Program-made: the position numbers and the translations under genes | Notes under the pieces: generated by a model | What the model saw: the letters and a program-made list of their open reading frames with translations, nothing else | What the model was told of the DNA's origin: nothing | Databases searched by the model: none | NCBI GenBank assembly: GCA_040397175.1 | Contig: JBBAWM010000001.1 | Coordinates: 25,976 to 89,975, forward strand | Length of the DNA: 64,000 nucleotides | DNA from: Candidatus Limnocylindrus sp. | Lineage (GTDB): Bacteria > Chloroflexota > Limnocylindria > Limnocylindrales > Limnocylindraceae | Direction: 5' to 3' | Shown: positions 18,287-28,263 of the stretch, piece after piece | Position numbering within the stretch: position 1 is the stretch's first letter | Layout: every line of letters begins with the position of its first letter

Positions 18287-18731
18287 ATTTGCCGATGTTC
18301 TCCGGGCCAAACGAGTTCGGCAGCAGCAGGTCGAACGGGTAGCGATTGATGCGCAGGATCTCGAGCCGCTCGTCAAGGTTCACGGCGACGATTGGAATCG
18401 AGAGCGACGCGGCAAACTCGCGAATTCTCTGTCGGCAAATACCGCATGGCGCCGGTGCCTCTGCTGGTGATTGCACCGCGAACGCCAGTGCAACAGCCCG
18501 GGCATCGGTCGCCAAGCGCATCGCGTTCATCGTGTGCTGTTCTGCATGCACGGTAAGGGTGTAGTCAACGCCCTCCATGTTCGCGCCAACATGAATCCCG
18601 CCGTTCTCATCGGCCGCCGCCGCGCCAACTGTGTACCCAGAATACGGAGCGTATGCGCGCGGGCGAATGGCACGCGCCGCCGCAACGAGCTTCGCTTCAA
18701 TCGGAGTGAGATCTGCTTCAGTGATCTTCAT
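18285..18731 (-). CDS. cdd: Cytidine deaminase
   Basis: AYAPYS, HAEQ and PCGICRQ zinc motifs, LLPNSF. Confidence 0.92.
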   Translation of the reverse strand: MKITEADLTPIEAKLVAAARAIRPRAYAPYSGYTVGAAAADENGGIHVGANMEGVDYTLTVHAEQHTMNAMRLATDARAVALAFAVQSPAEAPAPCGICRQRIREFAASLSIPIVAVNLDERLEILRINRYPFDLLLPNSFGPENIGK

Positions 18732-19063
18732 CAGGCTCCAATCGTAGCGCGCAGGGTGAGCACCACCAGTACCGACACCACCATGCCCAACAGCAGGTTG
18801 CCGCGCCAGCGCCCCACGGCGGCACCAGTAAAAACGGCCACAGCCTCAGGCCCAACGGTAAACGTACCGCCCTGCACAAACACGGACGCCGCGGCAATCG
18901 CACCCAGCACCGCTGGGCCAATCAGTCGCAAGTACTCAAGCACAGCTGGAGGCAGACGATCAATGCCGGGCACGAGCATTGGCAGCGCACGCGCGGCATA
19001 CGTGCCGATCCCACCAAGGAGGGCGAGTGGCACCAGATCGGTGCTGAAGAGATCGTTCGTCAT
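18731..19063 (-). CDS. azlD: AzlD-family branched-chain amino acid exporter subunit
   Basis: TYAARALP and IGPAVLGA; coupled to azlC. Confidence 0.8.
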   Translation of the reverse strand: MTNDLFSTDLVPLALLGGIGTYAARALPMLVPGIDRLPPAVLEYLRLIGPAVLGAIAAASVFVQGGTFTVGPEAVAVFTGAAVGRWRGNLLLGMVVSVLVVLTLRATIGA

Positions 19064-19761
19064 GCGCGTCTCCGAGGGAGTGCCAGCCCCGCGAGTGGGC
19101 CAAGTAGGCCGCCAATCATGATTGCCGCGCTCGAATCAATCGCCAGCGCCGCCACAACGGCACTCACGCAACCAACCACGAGGGCGACGAGCGCCGCACG
19201 ATCTCTCACCAGCCCAATGGCGAGCCCGGCCATTGCCGCGGCAAAGACCACGTCAAGGCCAATCGTTGCTGGGTCTGGGAGCGCAGCACCAGCAAGCCAT
19301 CCCGCAATCGTCGAAACGTTCCACGGGATAAAGATCGTGAACCCTGCATACCAGGCACCGCGCACGTCAATGTGCCCGAGTCGGGCGATGTGGGCCGTGG
19401 TGAGGGCGAACGCCTCGTCGGTGAGCAGATAGGCGAGCGCTGCTCGCAACTTGAGCGAGAGCTTCGCGGTATACGGCGCAACCGAGGCGGAATAGAGAAG
19501 ATGTCGTGCGTTCAGTAGCCACACCAGCAGCACAATGGATGGCCACGGCGTGTTGACAACGAGGAGGCCGACAGCGGCATATTGCGACGCGCCAGCAAAG
19601 AGAATCGAGCTGAAGGCGATCGCCTCAACGAGCGAGAGCCCACCCTGGCGTGCGGTGAAGCCGAAGATGCCACCGACAATAATTGCGATGACCCAGATCC
19701 CAAGGGAGTCGACGACCAGACGCCGACGAGCAGTACTGAGCGCTGCAGTGGCTCCGCTCAC
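19060..19761 (-). CDS. azlC: AzlC-family exporter subunit
   Basis: FAGASQ, LNARHLLYS, LTDEAFA. Confidence 0.9.
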   Translation of the reverse strand: MSGATAALSTARRRLVVDSLGIWVIAIIVGGIFGFTARQGGLSLVEAIAFSSILFAGASQYAAVGLLVVNTPWPSIVLLVWLLNARHLLYSASVAPYTAKLSLKLRAALAYLLTDEAFALTTAHIARLGHIDVRGAWYAGFTIFIPWNVSTIAGWLAGAALPDPATIGLDVVFAAAMAGLAIGLVRDRAALVALVVGCVSAVVAALAIDSSAAIMIGGLLGPLAGLALPRRRA

Positions 19762-20243
19762 TCTGCGGCTGGTTCCAAAACGACGACTGGGATCTCTCGC
19801 GCCGTCTTTCGCGCGTACGCCGCGTAGACACCGTATGTCGCGTCGTCTGTTGCACGCAGGTACCCCAGCCGCTCTTCACCCGTGGCAATGCGCGCGCGAT
19901 ACGGTCGTCGGAAGCGCTTGTAAATGATCGTGACGCTCGGCTCAGCTTCGATATTGCGATACCAGGCTGGGTGACCTTCGCGACCGTAATTGCTCGCGAT
20001 CACCACAATGCGCTCCCCGTCCGGGAGGAACGTCAGCACCACGCGACGCGGCGCACCGCTCCGCCGCCCGATTGTTTCCAAGATGATCCCCGGTCGTCCG
20101 CCAAGGTTAGGTGAGACCCATCCGTTGGTCGCAAGGGCAAGGCGTGCATGGAACGGCGCGACGAGGCCAATCAATCGACCGAACCAGCGCTGTGCCACCT
20201 TCAGCCACGAAGGGCGCTGCGCCGCCCAATCGTCGCCCGGCAT
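19758..20243 (-). CDS. Deazaflavin (F420)-dependent oxidoreductase, Ddn/DUF385 family
   Basis: TIGRRSG..R, IASNYG..HPAWYRNI.AEP, Y...TAREIPVVVLEP. Confidence 0.88.
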   Translation of the reverse strand: MPGDDWAAQRPSWLKVAQRWFGRLIGLVAPFHARLALATNGWVSPNLGGRPGIILETIGRRSGAPRRVVLTFLPDGERIVVIASNYGREGHPAWYRNIEAEPSVTIIYKRFRRPYRARIATGEERLGYLRATDDATYGVYAAYARKTAREIPVVVLEPAAE

Positions 20244-20936
20244 TTAGCGCTCGGCGAAGAGGTAGCGAACGGTGATCGCCGCTACCACTGCCCCAACAAG
20301 GGGGCCAACGATATAGACCGCAGCTGCGCTCAGGTCGCCAAACGCGAGTGCCGGGCCAAACCAGCGCGCCGGATTCATGGCCGCTCCAGTGAGTAGCCCG
20401 CCGATGAGGATGTTGCCGGTGACCACGCCGCCGACCAAGAGGGCGCCAAGCTTTGGCGCTCGTGCGTCTGCGGTCGCCAGAAGGACGGTGTAGACGAGCA
20501 CAGCCGTTAGGAGTGCCTCGATGGAGATGGCGGTGATCTGTGACAGGCCATCTGTGACCGCCACGGTCCCGCCGTTCCCGATCGTCCATGCAGTGTCGCC
20601 CGCATCAAATCCACTGAATGCCAATTTCAGGACAAATCCAGCACTGACACCGCCAAGGACTTGTGCGACAACGATTCGGATCCCTTCAATCGTTCGCACC
20701 CGTCCAACAAGCCAGAGGCCGATCGTGATAACCGGATTGAACTGACCGCCGCTGACAGGGGCGAAGGCGGTACCTAGCGCGGCCACCACGAGGCCAGAGG
20801 CGAGTGCGACCCCCACAAGGCCGAGCTCCCCGCCCGATGAGGCATTGACGATCACGGCGGCTCCAAGGAGCAGCACCAAGAGGAGCGTTCCGACAAGCTC
20901 AGCGACGAGGCTGGAGATGAGCGTTCTGCTCGGCAT
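20244..20936 (-). CDS. Aquaporin/MIP channel
   Basis: AELVGT, SGGQFNPV, GAAMNPARWFG; SD GAAGGAG before ATG 20936. Confidence 0.92.
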   Translation of the reverse strand: MPSRTLISSLVAELVGTLLLVLLLGAAVIVNASSGGELGLVGVALASGLVVAALGTAFAPVSGGQFNPVITIGLWLVGRVRTIEGIRIVVAQVLGGVSAGFVLKLAFSGFDAGDTAWTIGNGGTVAVTDGLSQITAISIEALLTAVLVYTVLLATADARAPKLGALLVGGVVTGNILIGGLLTGAAMNPARWFGPALAFGDLSAAAVYIVGPLVGAVVAAITVRYLFAER

Positions 20937-21163
20937 TTGTGCTCCTTCACGGGTCGCTGAAGGGGACTTTGAGCCCCTGATGCGCCTGATCATAGGGCAG
21001 CCCCTATGAGAGATGAGCGGGATGCCGTATGCTGTGGGGGTCCCCCGGGCTTCGGTGGACATAAGCACGCACGCACGCGACCGAGATCAGTCAACCGTTC
21101 CCATCCAGGGCTCGCGAGACCAGCATCGGACCACGAGGCGAGCCAGCACTAGGAGTGAACGGA

Positions 21164-21526
21164 ATGTACACAGACAAGAACTTGGTCTGCATGGATTGCA
21201 GCCAGGAATTCGTATTCACAGCGCGGGACCAGGAGTTCTACGCTGAGCGCGGCTTCACCGAGCCAAAGCGCTGCACACCATGCCGCAATGCCCGCAAGGC
21301 GCAGCGCGAGGGTGGTTCAGCGGGTGGCGGCTTCGGCGGCTACACCGGTGGCAGCTCGTATAGCGCCGGCGGCTACGGCGCCCCACGCGCACCTCGCGGA
21401 CCACGCGAGTTGCACCCAGCAACCTGCTCGGATTGCGGCAAGGAGACCATGGTCCCCTTCCTGCCAACCAGCGGCAAGCCGGTTTACTGCGACAACTGCT
21501 TCTCGACCCGACGCCCAGCGCGCTGA
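21164..21526 (+). CDS. Double zinc-ribbon protein (zf-trcl plus CxxC-x17-CxxC domains)
   Basis: CMDC...EQ-like FY..RGF..PKRCTPCR, Gly/Tyr-rich linker, CSDCG...VPF.P..GKPVYCDNCF; SD AGGAG. Confidence 0.9.
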   Translation: MYTDKNLVCMDCSQEFVFTARDQEFYAERGFTEPKRCTPCRNARKAQREGGSAGGGFGGYTGGSSYSAGGYGAPRAPRGPRELHPATCSDCGKETMVPFLPTSGKPVYCDNCFSTRRPAR

Positions 21527-21552
21527 GTCCAGTAGCTCTTAGAGCAACCCGG

Positions 21553-21591
21553 ACGGCCGGGACCCTTCGGGGTCTCGGCCGTTCGATTTTT
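21553..21591 (+). terminator. Intrinsic terminator
   Basis: ACGGCCGGGACCC-TTCG-GGGTCTCGGCCGT followed by a T tract. Confidence 0.75.
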
Positions 21592-21639
21592 ATACTGAGT
21601 TCCAAACTAGCCCTGCTTTAGTGCAAAGATCGGAGAGAA

Positions 21640-23121
21640 ATGTCGCAACCGCCCGTGATCCTCTGGTTCCGCCGAGACCTTCGTCTCGCCGATCACCCCG
21701 CCCTGGTGGCGGCAGTGGTGGCGGCCAAGGAGCGCGGCGCACCCCTCTTGCCGATCTTCATCTGGGAGCTCGGCCTTATTGCTGGCCCCCGCGCCAGTGC
21801 CAACCGCACCTGGTTCTTGCGCGAGAGTCTTTCGCAACTTGGCGCAAGCCTACGCGCCATCGGTTCGGATCTCCTCGAGTTGCAGGGCCCAGCCGCCAGC
21901 GCGCTCCCGAAATTGGTCAGCGAGTTGCGCGCCGCGGGTGACACTGGCGAGATCGACCTCTTCCTCACACGCGACCACACACCGTTTGCGCGCAAGCGCG
22001 ATCGCGCCGTTGCGGATCTACTCGCACCGCTCGGCGTGCACGTGCATGCGAAGCGCGGCCTTGTCGTGGTTGAGCCAGAGGAACTACTCACCGGTGGCGG
22101 AACTCCGTACGGCGTGTACACGCCGTACTTCCGACGATGGCTCGAACAGGTTGATGCCAGCGCGCCGCTCCTCGCGCCGAAGAAGCTTCCGCCACTGCCA
22201 TCGCCAACCCCAGTCTCCAACGTTGATCAGGCGCTTCTCGATGCGCATGCGGTGCCAACCGCGCAGGTTGATCAACTCCCAATACCTGGTGAACGCGCGG
22301 CGCGCGCTCACGCTGATGCCTGGCGACGCTCGGTAGGCGAATACGCAAGTCGCAGGAACACCCTTGCCGACACGTCCGGCACAAGCCATCTATCGGCAGC
22401 GTTGCATATTGGACTCCTCTCCGCGCGCGAACTTGTTGCGCGACAGCTTCCACTGCCGCCAGTACAAGAGGGTGAGCGTTCGGGCGAGCGACTCTGGGTG
22501 AGCCAGATCGCGTGGCGCGACTTCTATACGCAGGTGCTCTGGCATGCGCCACATGCGGCGCGCAGCGCATGGCGTCCGAGTTATGACGCAATCACTTGGA
22601 GCGATGATCAGCGCCTGCTTGAAGCGTGGAAGAACGGAACGACGGGCTACCCAATTGTAGACGCGGGGATGCGCCAACTCGCGGCAACTGGATTCATGCA
22701 CAACCGCGCGCGCATGATCACGGCGTCGTTCTTAACGAAAGATCTGCTGATTGATTGGCGTGAGGGTGAGGCGCACTTCTTGCGCCATCTTGTTGATGGC
22801 GACATTGCCGCCAACAATGGTGGGTGGCAGTGGTGCGCGGGGAGCGGCACCGATGCGCAGCCGTACTTCCGCATCTTCAATCCGGTGACGCAGGCGGGGA
22901 ACTTTGATCCCGATGGCGAGTATGTCCGCCGCTGGGTGCCAGAGCTCGCGGCCCTACAGACACCTGCGATTCATGCACCGTGGGCGCACCCGATGGCGCT
23001 TGCCGAAGCGGGCATCAGGCTTGGTGTGCACTACCCAGAGCCGATCGTTGATCACGCGGAGGCGCGACAACGAACTCTTGCGGCGTATAGCGCGGCGCTC
23101 AAGCCAGAGAGCGGCAAGTAG
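21640..23121 (+). CDS. CPD deoxyribodipyrimidine photolyase
   Basis: [50 protein letters not shown]. Confidence 0.95.
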   Translation: MSQPPVILWFRRDLRLADHPALVAAVVAAKERGAPLLPIFIWELGLIAGPRASANRTWFLRESLSQLGASLRAIGSDLLELQGPAASALPKLVSELRAAGDTGEIDLFLTRDHTPFARKRDRAVADLLAPLGVHVHAKRGLVVVEPEELLTGGGTPYGVYTPYFRRWLEQVDASAPLLAPKKLPPLPSPTPVSNVDQALLDAHAVPTAQVDQLPIPGERAARAHADAWRRSVGEYASRRNTLADTSGTSHLSAALHIGLLSARELVARQLPLPPVQEGERSGERLWVSQIAWRDFYTQVLWHAPHAARSAWRPSYDAITWSDDQRLLEAWKNGTTGYPIVDAGMRQLAATGFMHNRARMITASFLTKDLLIDWREGEAHFLRHLVDGDIAANNGGWQWCAGSGTDAQPYFRIFNPVTQAGNFDPDGEYVRRWVPELAALQTPAIHAPWAHPMALAEAGIRLGVHYPEPIVDHAEARQRTLAAYSAALKPESGK

Positions 23122-23291
23122 TGGTGGGCGGCGCACGACGCGAGTCACGGCAGCCACATCGACCGCCGAGCGAACGTCCAGAGAAGATCTGCGTGGTGTG
23201 CGGTCGACCGTTCCAGTGGCGCAAGCGCTGGGAGCGTGTCTGGAACGAGGTGAAGTATTGCAGCGACGCCTGTCGTCGACGTCGTGGATAA
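23121..23291 (+). CDS. DUF2256-family small zinc-finger protein (56 aa)
   Basis: [33 protein letters not shown]; typical photolyase neighbour; absent from the ORF track. Confidence 0.88.
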   Translation: MVGGARRESRQPHRPPSERPEKICVVCGRPFQWRKRWERVWNEVKYCSDACRRRRG

Positions 23292-24831
23292 GGTGAACCA
23301 CCTCGTCATCCTGGGCGACCAGCTCACCGACCAGGTGGGACCAGTCCATGCACTCCGAGCAGATCCGCATGCGTTTGCGCGCCCGCTCTTCGTTGCCGAG
23401 GTGACAGGTATCCGACGCGAGAAGCGACACCTGCAGGCCGTGGTGATGCAAGTGGCCGCACTGCGCGCCTTCGCAGAAGAGCTGCAACGTCGCGGTATTG
23501 AGACCGAGGTTGTGGCAGCCGAAACCCTAGAGCTGGTGCTCGATCAGATTAGGGCGCGGCATCAGCCCGAGGCGATCACGCTGATGGACCCTGCGCAGCC
23601 CCAAGACCTGGCAGCCGTGCAGGCTTGGGCGTCGTCGACCAGCACCCCCGTCACGATTGCGGAGAACGAACTTTGGCTGACCACCCGTGATGAGTGGACC
23701 GCCTTCCGTTCCGGCCGCAAGGAGCTGCGAATGGAGTTCTGGTACCGCCGTGTGCGTGGCGCGCGCGGCTGGCTCATGGAGGAGGGAGATCCGTCAACGC
23801 CGCTTGGGGGAACGTGGAACCTGGACCAGGAGAATCGACAGCGACTCGGCCCTGGCACGGCCGTTCCAACCCCGCCTCGCCGAGCGGTGCCAGCCGCAGC
23901 CACCACCGTGCTCAACGAACTGCGGGCGGACGGGGCGGAGCTCTTCGGGGCCATGGAGGAGTTCCGATGGCCGATCACCCGCGTGGACGCCCTTGCCGAG
24001 CTCGAATCGTTCTGCCGCGAGCGCCTTGCAGGATTCGGTCCGTATGAAGACGCGATCTCTCGCGAGCATGAACACCTCTTCCACTCACTCCTCTCACCTG
24101 CACTCAATCTTGGGCTTCTGACCCCGCATGAGGTCGCCCTTCGTGCGCTGCGCGAATACAACGAGCGCCCGGGTGAGATCCCACTCTCCAGCATTGAGGG
24201 GTTCATTCGGCAGATCATCGGCTGGAGAGAGTTCATGCATCACGCCTATGTTGATTTTTGGCGCGAATGGGAGAGCGATAATGGGCTTGGTGCGCACGAG
24301 AAACTGCCCGACTTCTATTGGAGTGGTGAGACGAAGATGGCGTGCGTAGAGCGGGTTGTCCACAAGGTGCAACGAAGTGGTCATGCACATCACATTGAGC
24401 GACTCATGGTCCTTGGGAACTTCGCCCTACTCTTTGGCGTGACGCCGCAAGCCGTAGACGCGTGGTTCCTCGAGGCGTTTATTGATGCGCTCCCCTGGGT
24501 CGTTACTCCGAATGTCGTGGCCATGAGTCAATTTGCTGACCTTGGTCGAATCACGAGCAAGCCGTATATCAGTGGCGGAGCGTACATTTCGCGCATGGGC
24601 GACGACTGCTCAGCATGTCCGTATTCACCAAAAGAGTCCACCGGAGAGCGGGCCTGTCCGTTTACCACCCTGTATTGGGATTTTATAGACCGACACTCGG
24701 AACGATTTGCCCGCAATCCTCGGATGGCAACACAGGTGAGCGCATGGGCAGCACGCCCTGAAGAAACTCGTCGGGAGATTCGCACTCGCGCCATGCACGT
24801 TCGCACGCTCGCGCAACGCGGAGAACTGTAG
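23284..24831 (+). CDS. FeS-cluster cryptochrome/(6-4) photolyase (CryB/PhrB-like)
   Basis: [41 protein letters not shown]; four FeS cysteines (MAC, DCSAC, ACPF); start may be 23293. Confidence 0.93.
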   Translation: MDKVNHLVILGDQLTDQVGPVHALRADPHAFARPLFVAEVTGIRREKRHLQAVVMQVAALRAFAEELQRRGIETEVVAAETLELVLDQIRARHQPEAITLMDPAQPQDLAAVQAWASSTSTPVTIAENELWLTTRDEWTAFRSGRKELRMEFWYRRVRGARGWLMEEGDPSTPLGGTWNLDQENRQRLGPGTAVPTPPRRAVPAAATTVLNELRADGAELFGAMEEFRWPITRVDALAELESFCRERLAGFGPYEDAISREHEHLFHSLLSPALNLGLLTPHEVALRALREYNERPGEIPLSSIEGFIRQIIGWREFMHHAYVDFWREWESDNGLGAHEKLPDFYWSGETKMACVERVVHKVQRSGHAHHIERLMVLGNFALLFGVTPQAVDAWFLEAFIDALPWVVTPNVVAMSQFADLGRITSKPYISGGAYISRMGDDCSACPYSPKESTGERACPFTTLYWDFIDRHSERFARNPRMATQVSAWAARPEETRREIRTRAMHVRTLAQRGEL

Positions 24832-26108
24832 TGTCGCGTGCCACGACGCTGAACTGGCAACGAATCGTCGCCATCTACGTGCTGGTGCAGTTTACTGAGA
24901 TCTTTGGCGTCAGCATGATCTACGCCTACCTACCACTAGCGCTCGAACATTCGGGAGTGCCGCTGGCATCCATCGCTACGCTCTCTGGCCTGACGACAGC
25001 CGGTATCTTCATCGTCGGTGCACCGCAGGTGCCCATCTGGCTAGCGATTGCCGAACTGCGATCGCGCCGACTTGTCATAGTGCGCAGTGGCCTGATCGCA
25101 CTGATTGCACTCGTCGCCTTTGCCTTCGCACGAGAGGCGTGGCAGCTGATTGGCGCAACGCTCGCCCTCGGCTTCTGGCTGGGGAACACGGGCGTGATGC
25201 TGGCGACCATTCGCGAGGTCTCACCAGAGCACGCACGCACGCGATCGATTGCCCTCTTTAGTGCTGCCGCACCGATGGGTTTTGCGCTCGGCCCACTCTT
25301 GGCTGGCGGCATGATCGACGGACTCGGCCTCTCGCTTGCAGCGCCGATCATGGTTGCCGCGCTCCTCAATGCTGGACTCATCGTCGCAAACATCGTGGCG
25401 ATTCCTGACGTGCGTCCGCACTATCCGCCGACAGGGGGCATCCTTGAAGTCGCCCGTCGCGGCTTGACTGAGGTGTTCGCCGACCGCACGATTCGTGCGG
25501 GGTATCTGGTGCTCGGCCTCGCGATCGCTGGGGAGCGCATGCTCCGCCCAGTCTTCCCGCTACGGATTGCCGAATTGGTAATTGGGCCGACGATCAGCGG
25601 CATGGCCGAGCCGCTTGCGGCGCCAGGTGTGGCTGGTGCCGTCGGGCTGCTGACTGGACTCTCGGCGCTCGGAGGTGCCATAGCTGCTCCGTTCCTCGCC
25701 ACACGCCTGGTGCCACGCCTTGGCGTGCCGGGGGTGATGGGCGTCTGCCTCGCTGCCGCCGCCGTAGCTGCGGGCACGATGATCGTGGTCTCAACGGCGT
25801 TCGGCCTCGCCCTCTCCAATACGCTCCTCGCCGCGGCATCGGCACTCCTGCAGGCGATGGTCTTTACCTGGTTGGCCAACTCGGTCACCGAGCGCCGTCG
25901 CACCGCCGCCCTGAGCCTCGCACTCTTCCCCCTCTATGCCGGTGCCGTCGTTGGGCCACTGATTTCCTCTGCCGCGGCGCGGGTGGGAACGCCGCGTGAC
26001 GGCGACCAGCTCGCCCTCTCACCCATATTCCTCGGGTCGGTGCTACTCCTCGCGCTCGGAATCCTTGCCGTGCGCCGCCTCCCCACAGGAGAGCCCAGCG
26101 CACGCTAG
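24831..26108 (+). CDS. MFS transporter
   Basis: About 12 TM helices; GFALGPLLAG motif. Confidence 0.82.
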   Translation: MSRATTLNWQRIVAIYVLVQFTEIFGVSMIYAYLPLALEHSGVPLASIATLSGLTTAGIFIVGAPQVPIWLAIAELRSRRLVIVRSGLIALIALVAFAFAREAWQLIGATLALGFWLGNTGVMLATIREVSPEHARTRSIALFSAAAPMGFALGPLLAGGMIDGLGLSLAAPIMVAALLNAGLIVANIVAIPDVRPHYPPTGGILEVARRGLTEVFADRTIRAGYLVLGLAIAGERMLRPVFPLRIAELVIGPTISGMAEPLAAPGVAGAVGLLTGLSALGGAIAAPFLATRLVPRLGVPGVMGVCLAAAAVAAGTMIVVSTAFGLALSNTLLAAASALLQAMVFTWLANSVTERRRTAALSLALFPLYAGAVVGPLISSAAARVGTPRDGDQLALSPIFLGSVLLLALGILAVRRLPTGEPSAR

Positions 26109-26117
26109 GCTGCGCAA

Positions 26118-27158
26118 ATGAAGCAGGTCGAAACAGTTCTCGGTGCGATCAGTTCCGCAGACCTTGGTTTGACGTTGACTCATGAACACCTCTTGAACGA
26201 TGTGCTCTCTTGGTGGCATCCACCACTCGACGATTCCGCGCGATCACGCGAACTCGTCGACGAGAAGGTCTCCATCGCCAACATTTGGGAGCTCAAGCAC
26301 GATCCATTCGTCAATAAAGACAACTGCACCATGCAAGATGTTGAGCTCGCTATTAGAGAGGTGCAGCGGTTCGTTGACCAGGGCGGCAAGACCATCATCG
26401 AGACGAGTGCCGATGGCAACGGTCGAAGCCCCGAAGGCCTCGCCACCATCAGTAAGCGCACCGGCCTCAACATCATCATGGGGACCGGCTACTACCTGGA
26501 CTCATCACAGCCAGAAGAGAACGATGCCAAGAGTGAACACGACATTGCCAACGAGCTGATTCGCGACATCACGGAGGGTGCTCGCGGCACCAGCATCAAG
26601 TCGGGGATCATTGGCGAGATTGGCGTTGGGAGTGAATTCACCGCGCGCGAGCGTAAGTCTCTTGCCGGCGCATGCATCGCGCAGCGAGAGACGCATCTTC
26701 CGATGCAGGTGCACATGCCCGCCTGGTTCCGCTACGGCGACGAGGTGCTCGATTTCTGCGCGGCACACGGCGTGCCCATGGAGAGCATCGTGCTCTGCCA
26801 CTCGAATCCGAGCGGTGACGATCACGAGTACCAGACGCGCCTCCTCCGACGGGGTGCCTACCTGCAGTACGACATGATCGGCATGCAGGTCTTCTACGCC
26901 GACCAGCAGGCCTCGTGCACCAGCGACGAAGACGATGCCCGCAACATTGCCCGCCTTGTTCGTGATGGCTTCGGCGCGAAGGTGCTGATGTCGCAAGACA
27001 TCTTCTTGAAGACGCTCTTGCGCTCGTACGGCGGCCCAGGCTACGGCCATATGGTGGAGTTCTTCCTGCCACGGCTGGCCCGACATGGCGTGCCGCTCGA
27101 GCAGGGGATCAGCATGATGACCTCGAATCCGCGACAACTCTTCGAAGCCGCGAGCTAG
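26118..27158 (+). CDS. Phosphotriesterase-family amidohydrolase, copy 1
   Basis: THEH, GEIG (bridging Glu), VH, CH and SQD metal ligands; leaderless TAGGCT-N6-ATG. Confidence 0.92.
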   Translation: MKQVETVLGAISSADLGLTLTHEHLLNDVLSWWHPPLDDSARSRELVDEKVSIANIWELKHDPFVNKDNCTMQDVELAIREVQRFVDQGGKTIIETSADGNGRSPEGLATISKRTGLNIIMGTGYYLDSSQPEENDAKSEHDIANELIRDITEGARGTSIKSGIIGEIGVGSEFTARERKSLAGACIAQRETHLPMQVHMPAWFRYGDEVLDFCAAHGVPMESIVLCHSNPSGDDHEYQTRLLRRGAYLQYDMIGMQVFYADQQASCTSDEDDARNIARLVRDGFGAKVLMSQDIFLKTLLRSYGGPGYGHMVEFFLPRLARHGVPLEQGISMMTSNPRQLFEAAS

Positions 27159-27218
27159 CACCATGGTCAAGATTCGGACCGTCACCGGCGAAATCGAAAG
27201 TTCCGAGATGGGGCTCAC
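27153..27218 (+). repeat. 66-nt exact direct repeat, copy 1 (stop of the preceding gene plus start of PTE copy 2)
   Basis: Identical to 28198-28263. Confidence 0.9.
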
Positions 27219-28203
27219 CCTCACGCACGAGCACCTACTCGGCGACGTGACCTCCTGGTGGCACCCGCCATTCGACGATTCAGCGCGATCGCGCGAGCTT
27301 GTCGACGAGAAGGTCTCCATCAGCAACATCTGGGAGCTCAAGCACGACCCGTTCATCAATAAAGATAACCTTGTTATTCAAGACGTTGAGCTTGCCATCA
27401 AAGAGGTGCAGCGGTTTGCGGACCAGGGCGGCAAGACGGTCATCGAGACGAGCGGCTATAACGATGGTCGTGATCCTGAGGGGCTCGCCAACATCAGCAA
27501 GCGCACCGGCCTCAACATCATCATGGGCACTGGCTACTACCTTGATGGATCACAGTCCGAAGCAAACGACGCCAAGAGCGAACGCGACATTGCCAACGAT
27601 CTGATTCGCGACATTGCGGAGGGCGTGCCTGGCACCAATGTGAGGTCGGGAATCATTGGTGAGATTGGCGTTGGGAGTAAGTTCACGGCACGAGAGCGAA
27701 AGTCGCTTGCCGGTTCGTGCATTGCACAGCGTGAGACACACCTCCCGATGCAGATCCACATGCCCGCCTGGTTCCGCCTCGGCGACGAGGTGCTCGACCT
27801 ATGCGCGGCACACGGCGTGCCGATGGAGAGCATCGTGCTCTGCCACTCCAATCCAAGCGGCGACGATCATGAGTATCAGACGCGACTGCTCAATCGCGGC
27901 GCCTATCTGCAGTACGACATGATTGGCATGCAGGTCTTCTACGCGGATCAGCAGGCCTCGTGCACGAGTGACGAAGATGATGCGCGCAACATTGCCCGGC
28001 TGGTGCGGGATGGATTCGGCGAGAAGGTGCTGATGTCGCAAGACATCGGCTTGAAGACGCTACTGCGCTCGTACGGCGGCCCAGGCTACGGCCATTTGGT
28101 CGAGTTCTTCCTGCCACGGCTCGCCCGGCATGGGGTGCCACTGGAGCAGGGAATCAGCATGATGACGGCGAACCCACGTCGACTATTTGAGGAGGCAAGC
28201 TAG
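27163..28203 (+). CDS. Phosphotriesterase-family amidohydrolase, copy 2 (chimeric)
   Basis: Same motifs; N-terminus identical to copy 3, body closest to copy 1. Confidence 0.92.
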   Translation: MVKIRTVTGEIESSEMGLTLTHEHLLGDVTSWWHPPFDDSARSRELVDEKVSISNIWELKHDPFINKDNLVIQDVELAIKEVQRFADQGGKTVIETSGYNDGRDPEGLANISKRTGLNIIMGTGYYLDGSQSEANDAKSERDIANDLIRDIAEGVPGTNVRSGIIGEIGVGSKFTARERKSLAGSCIAQRETHLPMQIHMPAWFRLGDEVLDLCAAHGVPMESIVLCHSNPSGDDHEYQTRLLNRGAYLQYDMIGMQVFYADQQASCTSDEDDARNIARLVRDGFGEKVLMSQDIGLKTLLRSYGGPGYGHLVEFFLPRLARHGVPLEQGISMMTANPRRLFEEAS

Positions 28204-28263
28204 CACCATGGTCAAGATTCGGACCGTCACCGGCGAAATCGAAAGTTCCGAGATGGGGCTCAC
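28198..28263 (+). repeat. 66-nt exact direct repeat, copy 2
   Basis: Identical to 27153-27218. Confidence 0.9.

Noticed and set aside
21065-21078. GCAC tandem microrepeat as a phase-variation tract
   Set aside because: Only about three units; expected by chance at this GC content
27153-28263. Direct repeats as a CRISPR array or mobile-element ends
   Set aside because: Only two copies, coding, explained by paralogue recombination; no cas or transposase genes
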